Assembly: GCF_006345805.1 (NCBI RefSeq) | Contig: NC_043024.1 | Coordinates: 18,972,001-19,036,000 of the forward strand | Direction: 5' to 3' | Source: Octopus sinensis | Lineage: Eukaryota | Length of the DNA stretch: 64,000 nt | In this document: positions 38,090 to 50,819 of the stretch, piece after piece | How the letters are laid out: every line of letters begins with the position of its first letter | How positions within the stretch are numbered: position 1 is the stretch's first letter | Notes under the pieces: generated by a model | What the model was told of the DNA's origin: nothing | Databases searched by the model: none | What the model saw: only the letters and a program-made list of their open reading frames with translations | Program-made: the position numbers and the translations under genes

Positions 38090-38569
38090 CATCATTATCA
38101 TTATCATTATTATTATCATTATTATTATTATTATTATCATTAAAGTGGCAAGCTGGCAGACTCATTAAAATTTGAAACCAGCCCCGAGCTATTGTAGAAG
38201 GTGTTTACCATTGTTACCACACAGTGGGTTTGAACCCAAAATCATGGCATAGAAAAGCAAGCCGCTGAACCATCCAGCCATGCCAGCACTTATAATGGAA
38301 CAGTAAAAGCGAATAAGCAAAAACAAAGTCGAATACAGGAATCGTAAATGTGATATCATGAAGTTATCACATGCTGTGTTTGATACACAGCATGAAATAG
38401 TTATTAGTCAGAAGAGAAATTTGGTAAGAAGTAAATTGGAATGATTTAGACCTAATGGAAGCTGATAAATTTGGAGTTTTTATATCAAAATTGCTGCTCT
38501 TAGAGGTTTTCTCCAAGGAAACTCTGAGATCGTGTGTGTGCGTGTATATACTCTCTCTCTCTCTCTCTC

Positions 38570-39055
38570 TCTTTTACTCTTTTACTTGTTTCAGTCATTT
38601 GACTGCGGCCATGCTGGAGCACCGCCTTTAGTCGAGCAAATCGACCCCGGGACTTATTCTTTTTTGTAAGCCCAGTACTTATTTTATCGGTCTCTTTTTG
38701 CCGAACCGCTAAGTTACTACGGGGACGTAAACACACCAGCATCGGTTGTCAAGCGATGGTGGGGGGGGACAAACACAGACACACAAACATATACACAGAC
38801 ACACAAACATATATACACACTTTACATATGTGTGTGTATATGTTTGTGTGTCTGTATTTTGTATATATATGTTTGTATATATACATATATACGACAGGCT
38901 TCTTTCAGTTTCCGTCTACCAAATCCACTCACAAGGCATTGGTCGGCCCGAGGCTATAGCAGAAGACACTTGCCCAAGATGCCATGCAGTGGGACTGAAC
39001 CCGGAACCGTGTGGTTGGTAAGCAAGCTACTTACCACACAGCCACTCCTGCGCTT
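38570..39055 (-). mobile_element. SINE A full length
   Basis: Matches family A consensus. Confidence 0.9.
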
Positions 39056-39214
39056 ATGAGTATATGTATTTATATATGCATATATGTAAATACATGTATA
39101 TATATGTATGAGTGTAGAAATTTAGATTCAGATGAATATGGTACTAAAGTTGAGGCACCAGAATTTAGTATGGTATTATCCATACAATTTTAAAATAAGG
39201 TGATTAAAATGAAG

Positions 39215-39638
39215 ATAAGCAACTAGGATATCCAGAGGTAATGCAGTACAATCGTTTCATGTAACTCCATTTAATTGAACAATGCAATCATTTCATTACA
39301 TCAATTTAAAATGTAGAGGAATCTTCAGCTGCACAAAGACATAGAATCTAATTAAATTAGTACAGAAGGACACATTAGTATGATTATATCAAAAATCTCC
39401 AAGAAGTTAAGGAGATAGACAAAGAACATGTTGTACCTACAACATCATTGATGTACTGGAGATTTTAGGTATAATTATACCAATGTGTCCATCTGTTCTA
39501 ATTTAATTAAATTCTATGTCTTTGTGCAGCTGAGGATTGCTGTACATTTTAAATTGATGTAATGATTGCATTGTTCAATTAAATGGAGTGGCATGAAACG
39601 ATTGTACTGCATTACCTCTGGATATCCTTGTTGCTTAT
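39215..39638. mobile_element. Foldback/MITE with ~186-bp imperfect inverted arms
   Basis: 39215-39401 is the reverse complement of 39457-39638, with a 55-bp spacer. Confidence 0.8.
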
Positions 39639-40297
39639 TTTGTGTTTGTGTATTTTCTGTGTGTGTGAGTGTGTGTTTGTACATGTATGCACCTCTGTCT
39701 CTTTGCGTGTGTGTGTGTGTGTGTGTGTTATGCAACTATGTACCATGTTTGTATGTATGGATGGATGTGCATCTCTATATGTGTGGATCCATGTCTCCAT
39801 GTGTCCTTGTGTGGAGTAAAGTGTGTGTGTGTGTGTATATATGATCATGTGTGTCAGTCTCCATTTGCATATGTGTGCTTGTCTGTTCTTATAACCTATG
39901 TACCTATCCGCCTGTATGTTGATCTGTTTATTTTCATATCCATATGCTTACGTAAAAACAAATATATATACGTGCATACACACACACTCACACCCACACA
40001 CACAGATACATACGGACAGAGTCAAGACTATTGTAAATACCGGACAGAGTCAAGACTTTTGAAAAGGTTGCAAGATGCAACGAAAATTTTAGGAAAATAA
40101 AAATAAGAAATAAGTGGAAATTTTACCGGTGAGTGTGTTAAATTATAAGGCACAAAAAGAAAATGACTCTCCCCAGACACAACAGTATATTCTTCAACAC
40201 AATCAAACTCATATAAAGAATCTTGCAAACCAAATCCAAAAACGAAATATATATATATGAATGTATGCATATATATATATATATACACACACACAAC

Positions 40298-40407
40298 TTA
40301 TAAACAAGGGCTAAATAAAATTATTTCTATGCCAATATGCTGATAACAGACTTTTAAATCGTCAATTTCCATGGCAGAAAATAATTTTCTTTAGCACTTG
40401 TTTATAA
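40298..40407. repeat. Small inverted repeat (~35-bp arms), MITE-like
   Basis: ttataaacaagggctaaataaaattatttc..gcc versus ggcagaaaataattttctttagcacttgtttataa. Confidence 0.65.
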
Positions 40408-40509
40408 GTTGTTTATAATTTTAACCTTAAATGTATTTTAATATGCTGCCACATTTTCTGATTAAATATTTTTCTGTAAAAAAGCTTCATCCTATATTAG
40501 TAGTAGTAG

Positions 40510-40541
<32 letters not shown>

Positions 40542-41339
40542 TGTATGAATGTAAGCATGTATGTATGCATAAGAGAGAGGGAGAGAAATGGAGACAAAAA
40601 GGAGAGAAGAGAATGAGAAAGGGAGAGGAACTGAAAGGAAGGTAAGACAGGCAGAGGGACAGAGAAGAAAGAGGGTGAGATGGAGTGGTAGGTGGAGGGA
40701 TGACCAGAGACAAAGAGAGAGAGAGAGGTGTGGCAAGAGAAAGAGCTGTAGAAAATATGTGATATAATTAAAAATCTGCATGAAGATTGGGATAAAGGAT
40801 GGTTAGGAATTTGGATACATAGTGAGCTTTATGTCTTTATAATCTGAGGATTATAGGTGAATGTGTGGTTGTGTTATGGTTCTGGGTTCGGTCCTGCTTG
40901 ACAACCGATATTGGTGTGTGTGTATACATCCCTGTAACTTAAAAAAAGAGGCCAATAGAGTAAGCCCCAGGCTTAAGAGAAAAAGATTAAATTCTTCAAG
41001 GCAGTGCTTCACCATGGCCACAATCAATGATTGAAACAAAAAAAAATGATAATATATAAAATGATAAAAATATATATATATATATAAAATGATAATATAC
41101 ATATGCTCACATTTAAGCCTCCCTCCCCACAAATACTTATAGATGCCTGAAGATATAAACCAGCATTTCTCAACCGGGGTAGGTTCACATGACTCTTTGG
41201 TGTTCATACAAGGATTTTGTTATTAGAATTTATCAGCAATAAATAGGTTATAATTCTACAATACAGAAAATATTTTAACAATTTTTTAATAGTTTCCAAT
41301 AAAACTTGATATTGATTTTGTTAAACATCTTTACTCATG

Positions 41340-42150
41340 AAAAAATTTTACCAAGAATTATTTTCAATTATCCTTATATTTGCCATTATTTTCAATGACT
41401 TCTTACCATTTATCACTTAGCTTTTTTTATTCTTCTTGAGTGAAATTCACCTGGCTTCAACATGAAAACGTTTTCCACTTACATCTCCACCTGATCTTGA
41501 GGAAATTTTTTTCCCCCCATCGGAGCATTTTGTAGAGATGAAAAAGATGGAGCTCAGTTGGTGTAAGGTCTGGTGAATATGGTGAATGGGATAGAAAAAA
41601 ACCACCTAAATCCAAAATGTTATCCTGTGTGATTCTTGCTGGATGTAATCTTGTATTATCATAGAGGATCACAACATTTCTCCTCTCTCTTTTACTCTTT
41701 ACTCTTTTACTTTTTTCAGTCATTTGACTGTGGCCATACTGGAGCACCGCCTTTAATCGAGGAAATCGACCCCAGGACTTATTCTTTGTAAGCCCAGTAC
41801 TTATTCTATTGGTCTCTTTTGCTGAACCACTAGATGATGGGGACATAAACACAGCAGCATCGGTTGTCAAGCAATGCTAGGGGACAAACACAGATACGCA
41901 AACATACACGCACATATATATATATATATACATATATACGACGGGCTTCTTTCAGTTTCCATCTACCAGATCCACTCACAAGGCATTTGTCCAAGGTGCC
42001 ACGCAGTGGGACTGAACCCGGAACCATGTGGTTGGTAAGCAAGCTACTTACCACACAGCCACTCCTGCACCTATTGATGTGTGCAGGGCATTTTCTGAAA
42101 AGCTTTTCATTCACAGATTGCAGCTTTTGAGAGTATAAGCTGGCATTTAG
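41340..42150 (-). mobile_element. Mariner transposase C-terminal fragment interrupted by a SINE A copy (41685-42074)
   Basis: SQKLQSVNEKLFRKCPAHINR / RNVVILYDNTRLH..HSPYSPDLTPTELHLF; the frame is split by the SINE. Confidence 0.8.
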
Positions 42151-42215
42151 TGGGTGAGTGAGGAGGAGTACGAGATCTCATTCGTCTGTTTGAATTCGGC
42201 GGTACTGGTCATTAG

Positions 42216-42444
42216 GGGCGAGCTGGCAGAAACGTTAGCACGCTGGGCAAAATGCATAGCCGTATTTCGTCTGCCGTTACGTTCTGAGTTCAAATTCCGC
42301 CGAGGTCGACTTTGCCTTTCATCCTTTCGGGGTTGATTAAATAAGTACCAGTTACGCACTGGGGTCGATATAACTGACTTAATCCATTTGTCTGTCCTTG
42401 TTTGTCTCCTCTGTGTTTAGCCCCTTATGGGTAGTAAAGAAATA
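42216..42444 (+). mobile_element. SINE B full length with perfect 15-bp TSD
   Basis: ggtactggtcattag at 42201-42215 and 42445-42459. Confidence 0.92.
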
Positions 42445-43059
42445 GGTACTGGTCATTAGATGTATGTTGTCTGATGTCGCCTGGTCAGATAAGGTATGTT
42501 TAATTTTTACCAGTGCTCTCAAATTTAAAATCTTGAATTACTGTGCTGAAGAGGAGAATGATAGAGTGAAATATGATTTTACATTTTCCACATCTCTCTA
42601 ACTCCAAAATGCAAATACAGTTAATCAAAGCCAGGTGGATTCGTTATTTTTTTCTCTTTACCTGGGTGGGTTGTTGAGTTTTGCAGTCTAAAGACTTAAA
42701 TGTGTCATCCCACCATACAAACAGCATTACTTTCCTTGAATGGAGCTCAGCCTTTGAGATAGTTTCTGGAGATTTATCATTGTTAATCTGCTACCTTTTG
42801 CATCCCCACATGGTCACGGAAGACCCAATTTCCCTCACCTGTACTGATATCGTTGAGAAGCAGGTAATCTGTTTGGATATGTGATCTTCCCTATTCTTCT
42901 CTCTAAAAGCATGGGGAACCTAAACACACAGTTTGCTGATATTGCATTTCTTTTCCAAGTGGTGGCAGATGGTGGATTGGGTGTGATGAGGTCAATTGCT
43001 AATTCCCCAATACTTTTACAAGGATTGATTCCAATAATTCTCTTAAAGCATCTGGACCA

Positions 43060-43345
43060 AAATCTTCTCCAGAGCGTCGGCTGTGGGGTCATTCTGAAAA
43101 GCTCTACCTGCGACGATTTCATCTCAATCGAAGGAGAGGAGCTTTCTCCGTCCGGGTTGCAGATCCGTGGAACAAGCTGCCAGATGAGATGGTGAAGATG
43201 CCGACGACCGCTTTGTTCAAAGTCTCCCTTGACCTCAAATGGCCTGAACTCTTTACATGAACACCACCCTGTACTTAACTCCATGTCCCCCTACATGGCC
43301 TTGCTTTTTGCTTTTTGAGCCAAAAAATTAACTAACTAACTAATG
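43060..43345 (+). mobile_element. CR1 LINE 3' end (second family)
   Basis: RLWGHSEKLYLRRFHLNRRRGAFSVRVADPWNKLPDEMV..LFKVSLD..*; (AACT)n tail. Confidence 0.85.
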
Positions 43346-43769
43346 AACATCCTGATCTGAGTTGATCTCTCAATGACAAATTTCCAGAACGAAACTTTGG
43401 AAACCAATTTTGCACTTGCCATTCTGTAATGATGCCTTGGCCACAAACCCTGCATATTTACTCAGCCGTTTCTGTGATTTTTTCCCCCCCATTCTTAAGT
43501 TCCCATAATATCGCATGTCAGATACACACTTTCAGTTCAACCATTTTAGAAGAGTGAAATTCAATATTAAACTATGGTGTGTAGGCTTTCACTGCTTAAA
43601 TATGAATGATAGATGAGGCTCTTCTAAAAACAATAGATTCCATCTCAATTTTGAACACTTGAAGTTTGAAATGCATCGTTACAATTCACTTCCAAAAAAA
43701 CTGGAAATTATTTATGACTCAACCTAACACACACACACACATACACACGCACACACATATATACATACA

Positions 43770-44945
43770 TACATAAGGTGCATAAGATATTTGGGGACAG
43801 ATTTATGTTTATAAAAAAACAGATAGTAACTTTATTTATCAAAAAGTGCTATGAGGATAAAAATAAACCTTCTTTTCTATAATTGTTATTCGATAAAGCC
43901 AACTTCAGCTTCAACAACCGCTTCTATATGAGATCTAAATCATCTACATGCTCAAATCAAGTGGTCCTGGTTCATTTTGGACATTACTCTGACTATGGCA
44001 GCTTTCAAAGAATCTTTGGTGTTATGGGTGAGTTCATTGACCTCTCTCTCTCATCAATGCTCCACATGTAATAGTCCAATGAATCGAGATCTGGAGAATT
44101 AGGAGGCCAAATGTTAGGGGTTCTGTGATTATGAAAATTTTCAGCCATCCATTCTTGTGTTACTAGAGCCATGTGTGATAGTGCAGAGTCTTACTGAAAC
44201 AGATATGGCCTTCCATTGCATACACTGTGTATCCAGGGCTTAAAAGTTATTTCAGAACCTCAATGTAGGTGGGAGAGTTAACTCTAAGGCTTTGTGGAAA
44301 GAAGTAAGGAGGCATCGCATGTCCTTCATTGCTGACAACCCCTAAAACTATGACAGCTGCAGGAAATTAGGTATGGAACTTCAGAAGGGTCTGCACATAA
44401 CCATCTGTCATTTCTTCTGTTAACTTTTTGATCTTGTTTGAAGTTTTTCTCATATGAGAAAAACCAAATTAAATTTTCTTCTGATGGATTTTTCAGTTTG
44501 TTTAATAGCCTTTTACATCTGATGTAATGATTTTCTTTAGATTTTTCTGACAAATTGACCTTTCCTCATCTTATAAGACTTATATCTGATGTCTTCGTAG
44601 ACAACATTTCTGACTGTTTCTTCTGACACATGGAGATCTTTTGCAATTGACCTCATGGACTTTCTGGAATTGTTATCAATGGCCTGTCAAACTTGATGGA
44701 TAAATTCAGGTGTTCTTATGATTTCAGAGCGCTTAGAATGCATTTTACTCTTTGGTAATGGTGATAAATTTCCATCTTCAGTCTCTAACTCCTTACAAAA
44801 TTTGTAAGCGAAAGACCTGGCAACTTTTAAAAATCGAGATATTTCTAAATCGCTATTCGCAGCCTTTATAACCACAATAACAGCATGTCCCATTATTTCT
44901 TGAGTAAGCTGAGGGTCTGCCATTATTATTTTCTGAAACAAAGAT
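43770..44945 (-). mobile_element. maT-type (DD37D) Tc1/mariner element, degenerate transposase
   Basis: FS(Y)EKNF; Q*DSA..WPPNSPDLDSLDYY with 37 residues between the second and third catalytic D; stops and frameshifts. Confidence 0.85.
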
Positions 44946-45214
44946 TATTCAGAGTTAGCATTTTTTGCTAACTCTGAATAATTTGAAAGCAGTTCCAGAT
45001 GTTGTGAAGAACGAATTTGTATGTAGTCTGTTTCTGAGAGCTATTCTATTGGGTCTCTGTATAATCTGGTGTACTAAACGTTGTTTAAATGATTCAGCAT
45101 TAAGTGTTTCAGCAGGCCTTTGCTGATCTTGAGAAAGTCTCATTTCACTTCTGTCTTGAGACCGTATTTGATGTGCTGCAGCATGCCTTTGGTGATCTTT
45201 GGAAAGTGCCATGT

Positions 45215-46270
45215 TCCTTCACTATGGATTCTGTAAACTATGAAACAAATGGTAGTCTGAAGGAGCAAAGTGAGGAGAATAAGATGGATGAGGAATTTTT
45301 TCCCAGCCAAGCTCTTTGATCTTCTGTGATGTAATCTTTGCAGTGTGGAGTCGTGCATTGTCCTGATGAAACAGCACTCCTTTTCGATTCACTAAAGCAG
45401 GGTTTTTTTCTTCAAAGCTTGGTTTAAATGCTCTAATTGCTGACAGTTGACTTGAGCATTGATTGTTGCATTAGGTGGTAACAATTCAAAGTGAATTATT
45501 CCTTTGCAATCCCACCAGATACAGAGAAGAACCTTTTCCCATGAAGTTCCCTTCTTGGTTATGGTTGAGCTTTTTCCCTTTTACCAAGCCACTGTTTACA
45601 ACGTTTAGCATTTCGATAGAAGATCCATTTTTCGTCACAAGTCTATCCAAAAAGGATGAAATGAGTTCGCAAGAATGGAGAGAAGAGTGGATGTCAACTC
45701 GGGATTTGCGGTTGCTTTCGAACAATTCATGTGACACACATTTTCCATGTTTAGGAACCTTTCCAAGTTGTTGAAGATGACGCTGAACAGTTGTATGTTT
45801 TGTACTAAGCTTTATTGCCAATTCTTCAACTGATAATGCAGGACTTTCTTCAAGTAATTCCCCAAGGAGCTTATCATAAAAGTCAACTGGACATCCTGTT
45901 TGATCTTCATCTTCAAGGCTGGAATCTGCACTTCTGAATTTTGCAAACCATCTTCTGCAAGTTCTTTCATTCAAACAATCTTTCCCATAAACCGAGTGTA
46001 TGCTTCGAGTTGCTTCAGCTGCAGATTTTCCTTTTTTGTACTCATAAAGCATTTTGTGCCTCAAATGCTCTTTCGATACTTCCATGTTAGAAAGGGTTTT
46101 AATCAAAGAAATTTTAATTCTATTATTCTGTAAAATAATATTTAATTAGTTTAAATATACACAAATGCATAAAAATAATTTTTAATTCCATTAGACATTC
46201 TAAAATACTATTAATTTTCATTCAATTTTAAAAAGGTAAAATCAGACAAAACTAATGGTATGACCTGGTA
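45215..46270 (-). mobile_element. Mariner (DD34D-type) element: 5' TIR and near-complete frameshifted transposase, 3' truncated
   Basis: MEVSKEHLRH..RRWFAKF..CVSHEL..FLDRLVT/DEKW..CIWWD..HQDNA..YSPHFAPSDYHLF; TA plus TIR-like ccaggtcataccattagttttgtctga at 46242-46270. Confidence 0.9.
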
Positions 46271-46739
46271 TGTAAAAATATAAAGATGCAAAAACATGAT
46301 CAAAATTATCAATATACAGATTAGTGAAATCCAAATGTATGGATGGTCACAATGTTATATAAATGTTTGTATGCAACAAATATATTGATTTATGAATATT
46401 AAAACACAAATGAATGCTTAATTAATCTCTGTCTCAATGACGAGGGAATACATAAAAAATACATGAAAAAACATAGAAATTATGCATAAATAAATAAATA
46501 AATAAATAAAATATCACGGAGAATAGAATAATTTTTTTTTAGAATTATTTAAGATTTAGTAATATTTTTAATAAGTGGTGGTTGTATAAAAGTTAACATT
46601 ATAGATGTCGTACAACAAAAAAAACAAACAAACTAAAAAATTAAAATCATAAAGACGAAGAAAAAATTATGCAAAGAAATTATTAAAATATAAATAAAAA
46701 AAGCTTCATAAATGCATAAATAGATGAATGAGCAAATAT

Positions 46740-47168
46740 CGTCATCGTTGTTGTTGTTGTTGTTGTGGTGATCACCATCATTATTATCATTATCTTTCCC
46801 TCCTCCAACTCATCACCACCACCACCACCACAACCACCACCACCACCACCACAACCACCACCACCACTATCATCATCATTACAATAATCTTCATCATCAT
46901 CATCATCATCATTATCCTCCTCATCATCATCATCATTGTTGTCATTGTCATCCTCTCCTCATCTTTTTCATCATCACCACCATCATCATAACATCATCAT
47001 CTTCATCATCATCATCATCATCATCATCTTCATCATCATCATCATCATCATTGTTGTCATCCTCATCCTCATTATCATTATCATTGTCTTCCTCTCCTCA
47101 TCTTTATCATCATCACCACCATCAGCATACCATCATCATCATCATCATCATCACCACCATCATCATAA

Positions 47169-47203
<35 letters not shown>

Positions 47204-47205
47204 CC
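46740..47205. repeat. Degenerate (CAT)/(CAC) repeat with internal duplications
   Basis: Direct inspection. Confidence 0.9.
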
Positions 47206-47631
47206 CTAACAGACACTTTTCCACGCTTGCATGAATCAGGCAGAATTCATTGAAGCAGAATTTCTACGGCTGGATGCTCTTCCCGTCACCAACACTCTCC
47301 TGTTTCCCAAGCAAAGTAATATTTCCCACTGGCCAGACACGTTTCTCTTTTTTCTCCCGTTTTTTTTTTTCCCGGAAGACTGGAAGCAAACAGCATCACA
47401 TGGATGGTAATAATGCTTCTTCACAACCATCACAGGATAACAAAACCATGGACACACAGACACACATGAATTTACCATTGTCATCAACATTATCATTGTT
47501 TAAAGTTGGTATCCATACACATGCATACACAGACATATATGTATGTGTGTGTCTGTCTATATATATAAAACAGAGGATTGTGTTTGCGTATATGTGTGTG
47601 TGTATATATATGTATATATGTATATATATAT

Positions 47632-47668
<37 letters not shown>

Positions 47669-47669
47669 C

Positions 47670-48130
47670 AGAAATACTAAATTTCTAAATCTCTCGTAGA
47701 GACATGTACAGCGGTGGGGCGATAGAATGGTTGTATACTGTCAATCTAACATGAACGTGACAGTAGGGGGGTACACCACTGCTGTTTAGCCCTAGGAAGC
47801 ATCGACGCCTCCTGATGGCTTTGACATATTTTTCCTGTGTCCTTATATACATTTACGAAGGAGAGACAAATACCTCCAGCCGCCCGGGATGCATCTAGGG
47901 ACATGTGTTTCAGGATGATTGTCCTTTGTCGGCCTAGAGTAGCAGACACCGGTCAGCTGACAATATCTGCCTCGACTCATAATGTATATATCTAAATTTC
48001 AGTGAAGTCTATTCACTGATTATCAAAATAAGAAATACTAAATTTCTAAATCTCTCGTAGAGACATGTACGGTGGTGGGGCGATAGAATGGTTGTATACT
48101 GTCAAGACAGTCAAGACAGATATCGTCAGC
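47670..48130 (-). mobile_element. Family H1 hammerhead element, 361-bp unit with 75-bp direct terminal repeat (retrozyme-like)
   Basis: 47670-47744 repeats at 48031-48105 with 2 mismatches; homologous to 19322-19620. Confidence 0.75.
47895..47937 (-). ncRNA. Type-I hammerhead motif (H1), core decayed
   Basis: CTAGG-CCGACAA-AGGA-CAATCA-TCCT-GAAA-CACATG-TC-CCTAG; stems I and II perfect but different in sequence from the 19.5-kb copy. Confidence 0.65.
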
Positions 48131-48159
48131 TGACGGAATATAGAGTATGTGTTGTGGGT

Positions 48160-48340
48160 AATTTGTCTGCCGCTATGTTCTGAGTTCAAATTCCGCCGAG
48201 GTTGAATTTGCCTTTCATCCTTTCGGGGTCGATTAAATAAGTACCAGTTATGCACTGGGGTCGATATATTCGATTTAATCCGTTTGTCTGTCCCATTTGT
48301 CCTCTCTGTGTTTAGTCCCTTGTGGGTAGTGAAGAAATAG
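48160..48340 (+). mobile_element. SINE B headless copy
   Basis: Matches family B body and tail. Confidence 0.85.
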
Positions 48341-48439
48341 GATATATAGACATGTGGATGATACTGTTGGTAGTTATTAAGTTTTTAAGTTGGTACCTGA
48401 ATCTGTGATATCAGCAGAAGATCATCGTTATTTTCAGTT

Positions 48440-48720
48440 CAATGTTTAACCAGAATGACACCATATTTAGTAGTTTCCATCTTGCTCATATCATTTGATA
48501 TGGTGCATGATTCTCTACTTCATATTAAAGTTGGCATGCTGTTGGTCTTTTATTGACCATATGTAGTTGGAAGAGCCAATGTTTGTTCCTCTGAAGGAGT
48601 GGTTGTGTTGGTAGTGTCTAGATTTGAAAGTGTTGTGTTTTAGCTCATGCAGTTGTCAGTGAAAACATCTACACAGAACACTAATGAATTTTCCAGTAAA
48701 GCAGTCACATGTTGGTGAGA
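48440..48720 (-). mobile_element. Penelope-like GIY-YIG endonuclease fragment (degenerate)
   Basis: NTFKSRHYQHNHSF..SNYIWSIKD..FNMK*RI resembles the PLE motif TFKxRxxxHxxSF..YIWxLK..WxI. Confidence 0.55.
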
Positions 48721-48980
48721 TCCAGAGTTGTTGATGTGTAACAGATTTGAGAGTTGGTGTTTGGCGTTTGAAGTACATAGTTAGTTTAATATTATTTCTA
48801 TTAAAAAAATATTTAGTGATAACTGTGGCTTTGGGGGAAATGTTTTGTCATTAATGTGAGAAAATTACAAATTGAGATTTGTCGTAAAACTGAGACTGAA
48901 AGCGGAATTGAACCATAGTATGTTGCATTTGTATTGTTACAGGGGCTTGGTTATTGATAACATTTATGTGTGTGTGTGTG

Positions 48981-49105
<125 letters not shown>

Positions 49106-49139
49106 TATATATGTAGTAAAGACTATTTGCCAACATAGC

Positions 49140-49325
49140 ATAGCAATCCTGGTTTAGGACTAATGTTGCTGCAATTTAGCCCCAGGAGAGACCATCTCCA
49201 GCTGGCTATACGACATGATCTGTGTGCTTATATTTTCGATCAAGGGAATCTAGCACTCCCACTCAGCTCAAAACGATATCTGTGTATCGTGGTTTCTGGG
49301 TTATTTCTCTTCATCAGCACAATAA
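49140..49325 (-). mobile_element. Diverged family H1 member with HHR motif at 49281-49321
   Basis: Shares tttagccc.agga and gtgt.cttatattt with the other H1 copies; TGTG-CTGATGA-AGAGAAATAACCCA-GAAA-CCACGA-TA-CACA lies at the same relative position. Confidence 0.6.
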
Positions 49326-49364
49326 TTGTTCAGCTATGTGTATGTATATATATATATATCATCT

Positions 49365-49530
49365 TCATCATCGTTTAACGTCTGCTTTCCATGCTAGCAT
49401 GGGTTCAATGAGTTGACTGAGGTCTGGCGAACAAGACTCCAATCTGATATGGCAGAGTTTCTACAGCTGGATGCCCTTCATAATGCCAACCACTCCGAGA
49501 GTGTAGTGGGTGCTTTTACATGCCACTGGC
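49365..49530 (-). mobile_element. Family C copy
   Basis: catcgtttaacgtctgctttccatgctagcatgg..gccaaccactccgagagtgtagtggg. Confidence 0.8.
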
Positions 49531-49714
49531 AAGAGAGCATATATATAATATATAAATTTGAGAAAAAACCACTATTATGCAATTTAAACAATGATAGACA
49601 TAAACCAAATCATAAATAAAAAATAAAATATATTTTTATAAAACATATAACTAGATCACAAAAAGTTTAAAAATGAATAATCATTATATAAGTAAAAAAC
49701 CATGTACGTTTCAT

Positions 49715-49716
49715 GG

Positions 49717-49762
<46 letters not shown>

Positions 49763-49781
49763 ACATACATACATATATATA

Positions 49782-49816
<35 letters not shown>

Positions 49817-50325
49817 CATATATATATACACATTTATATATGCATATATATGTATATATGTATATATATATTATATGTATATATATATACACATATATAT
49901 ATGTATATATATATGTATATATATATACACACATATATATATGTATATATATATATGTATATACATATATATATATTATATATATATATATATCTATCTA
50001 TCAATCTATATATATATATCTTTATGTGTATGTATATACATACATATATATATATATATATTATTGTTTGATAATAGTTTGATAATATATATTGTTTGAT
50101 AATATATTTATAATATACAATATATATATGGGGTGCGTGTGGGCAGAGCCTGAGGGAGGCATGAAGGCACCCAGACATGTTTTAAAATATTGCCTGAGTT
50201 GTTTTCATCGCAAGAAAACTATTAGTAACACATAAAAATATGTACTGTGATTATCAAACAATATTTATCTCTCAGCAGATGAAAATACTTTTTTATTGAT
50301 ATCACCTTCACAAAAAACAGCATAT

Positions 50326-50362
<37 letters not shown>

Positions 50363-50659
50363 CTTAACATCAGCATATTATTGCAATTTTTTAACAATCT
50401 TTTGGTTTTCCTTTGTTTAAAATATAATATTATAAGCATTTATCTCTTACACGAATATAGCATTATGAAAGAAATGAGTGTTGAAGATGCAATATACTAT
50501 TATTGTATACTTCTCTGTCTACTTTAAGCTGCAATTTTAGAAAAGAGTTTTTATTAATATCACAACGTAACATTTACAAAGACAGTGACCAAATCTTACC
50601 ATAGTCTTATTTGTGTGTGCTTGTACATACGTATATATACATGCATAATTATACATATG

Positions 50660-50709
<50 letters not shown>

Positions 50710-50780
50710 TATATATATATACACTCATATGTATCTATATATATATATGAATATACACACATATATAAATATACACACTC

Positions 50781-50819
<39 letters not shown>

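Noticed and set aside
39270-39335. CTGAAGA..GAAA in the foldback arm
   Set aside because: No stem III or NUH site can be formed.
42835-43284. 149-aa complex-looking ORF
   Set aside because: Its first part is the antisense of a CR1 3' end; the rest shows no motif I recognise.
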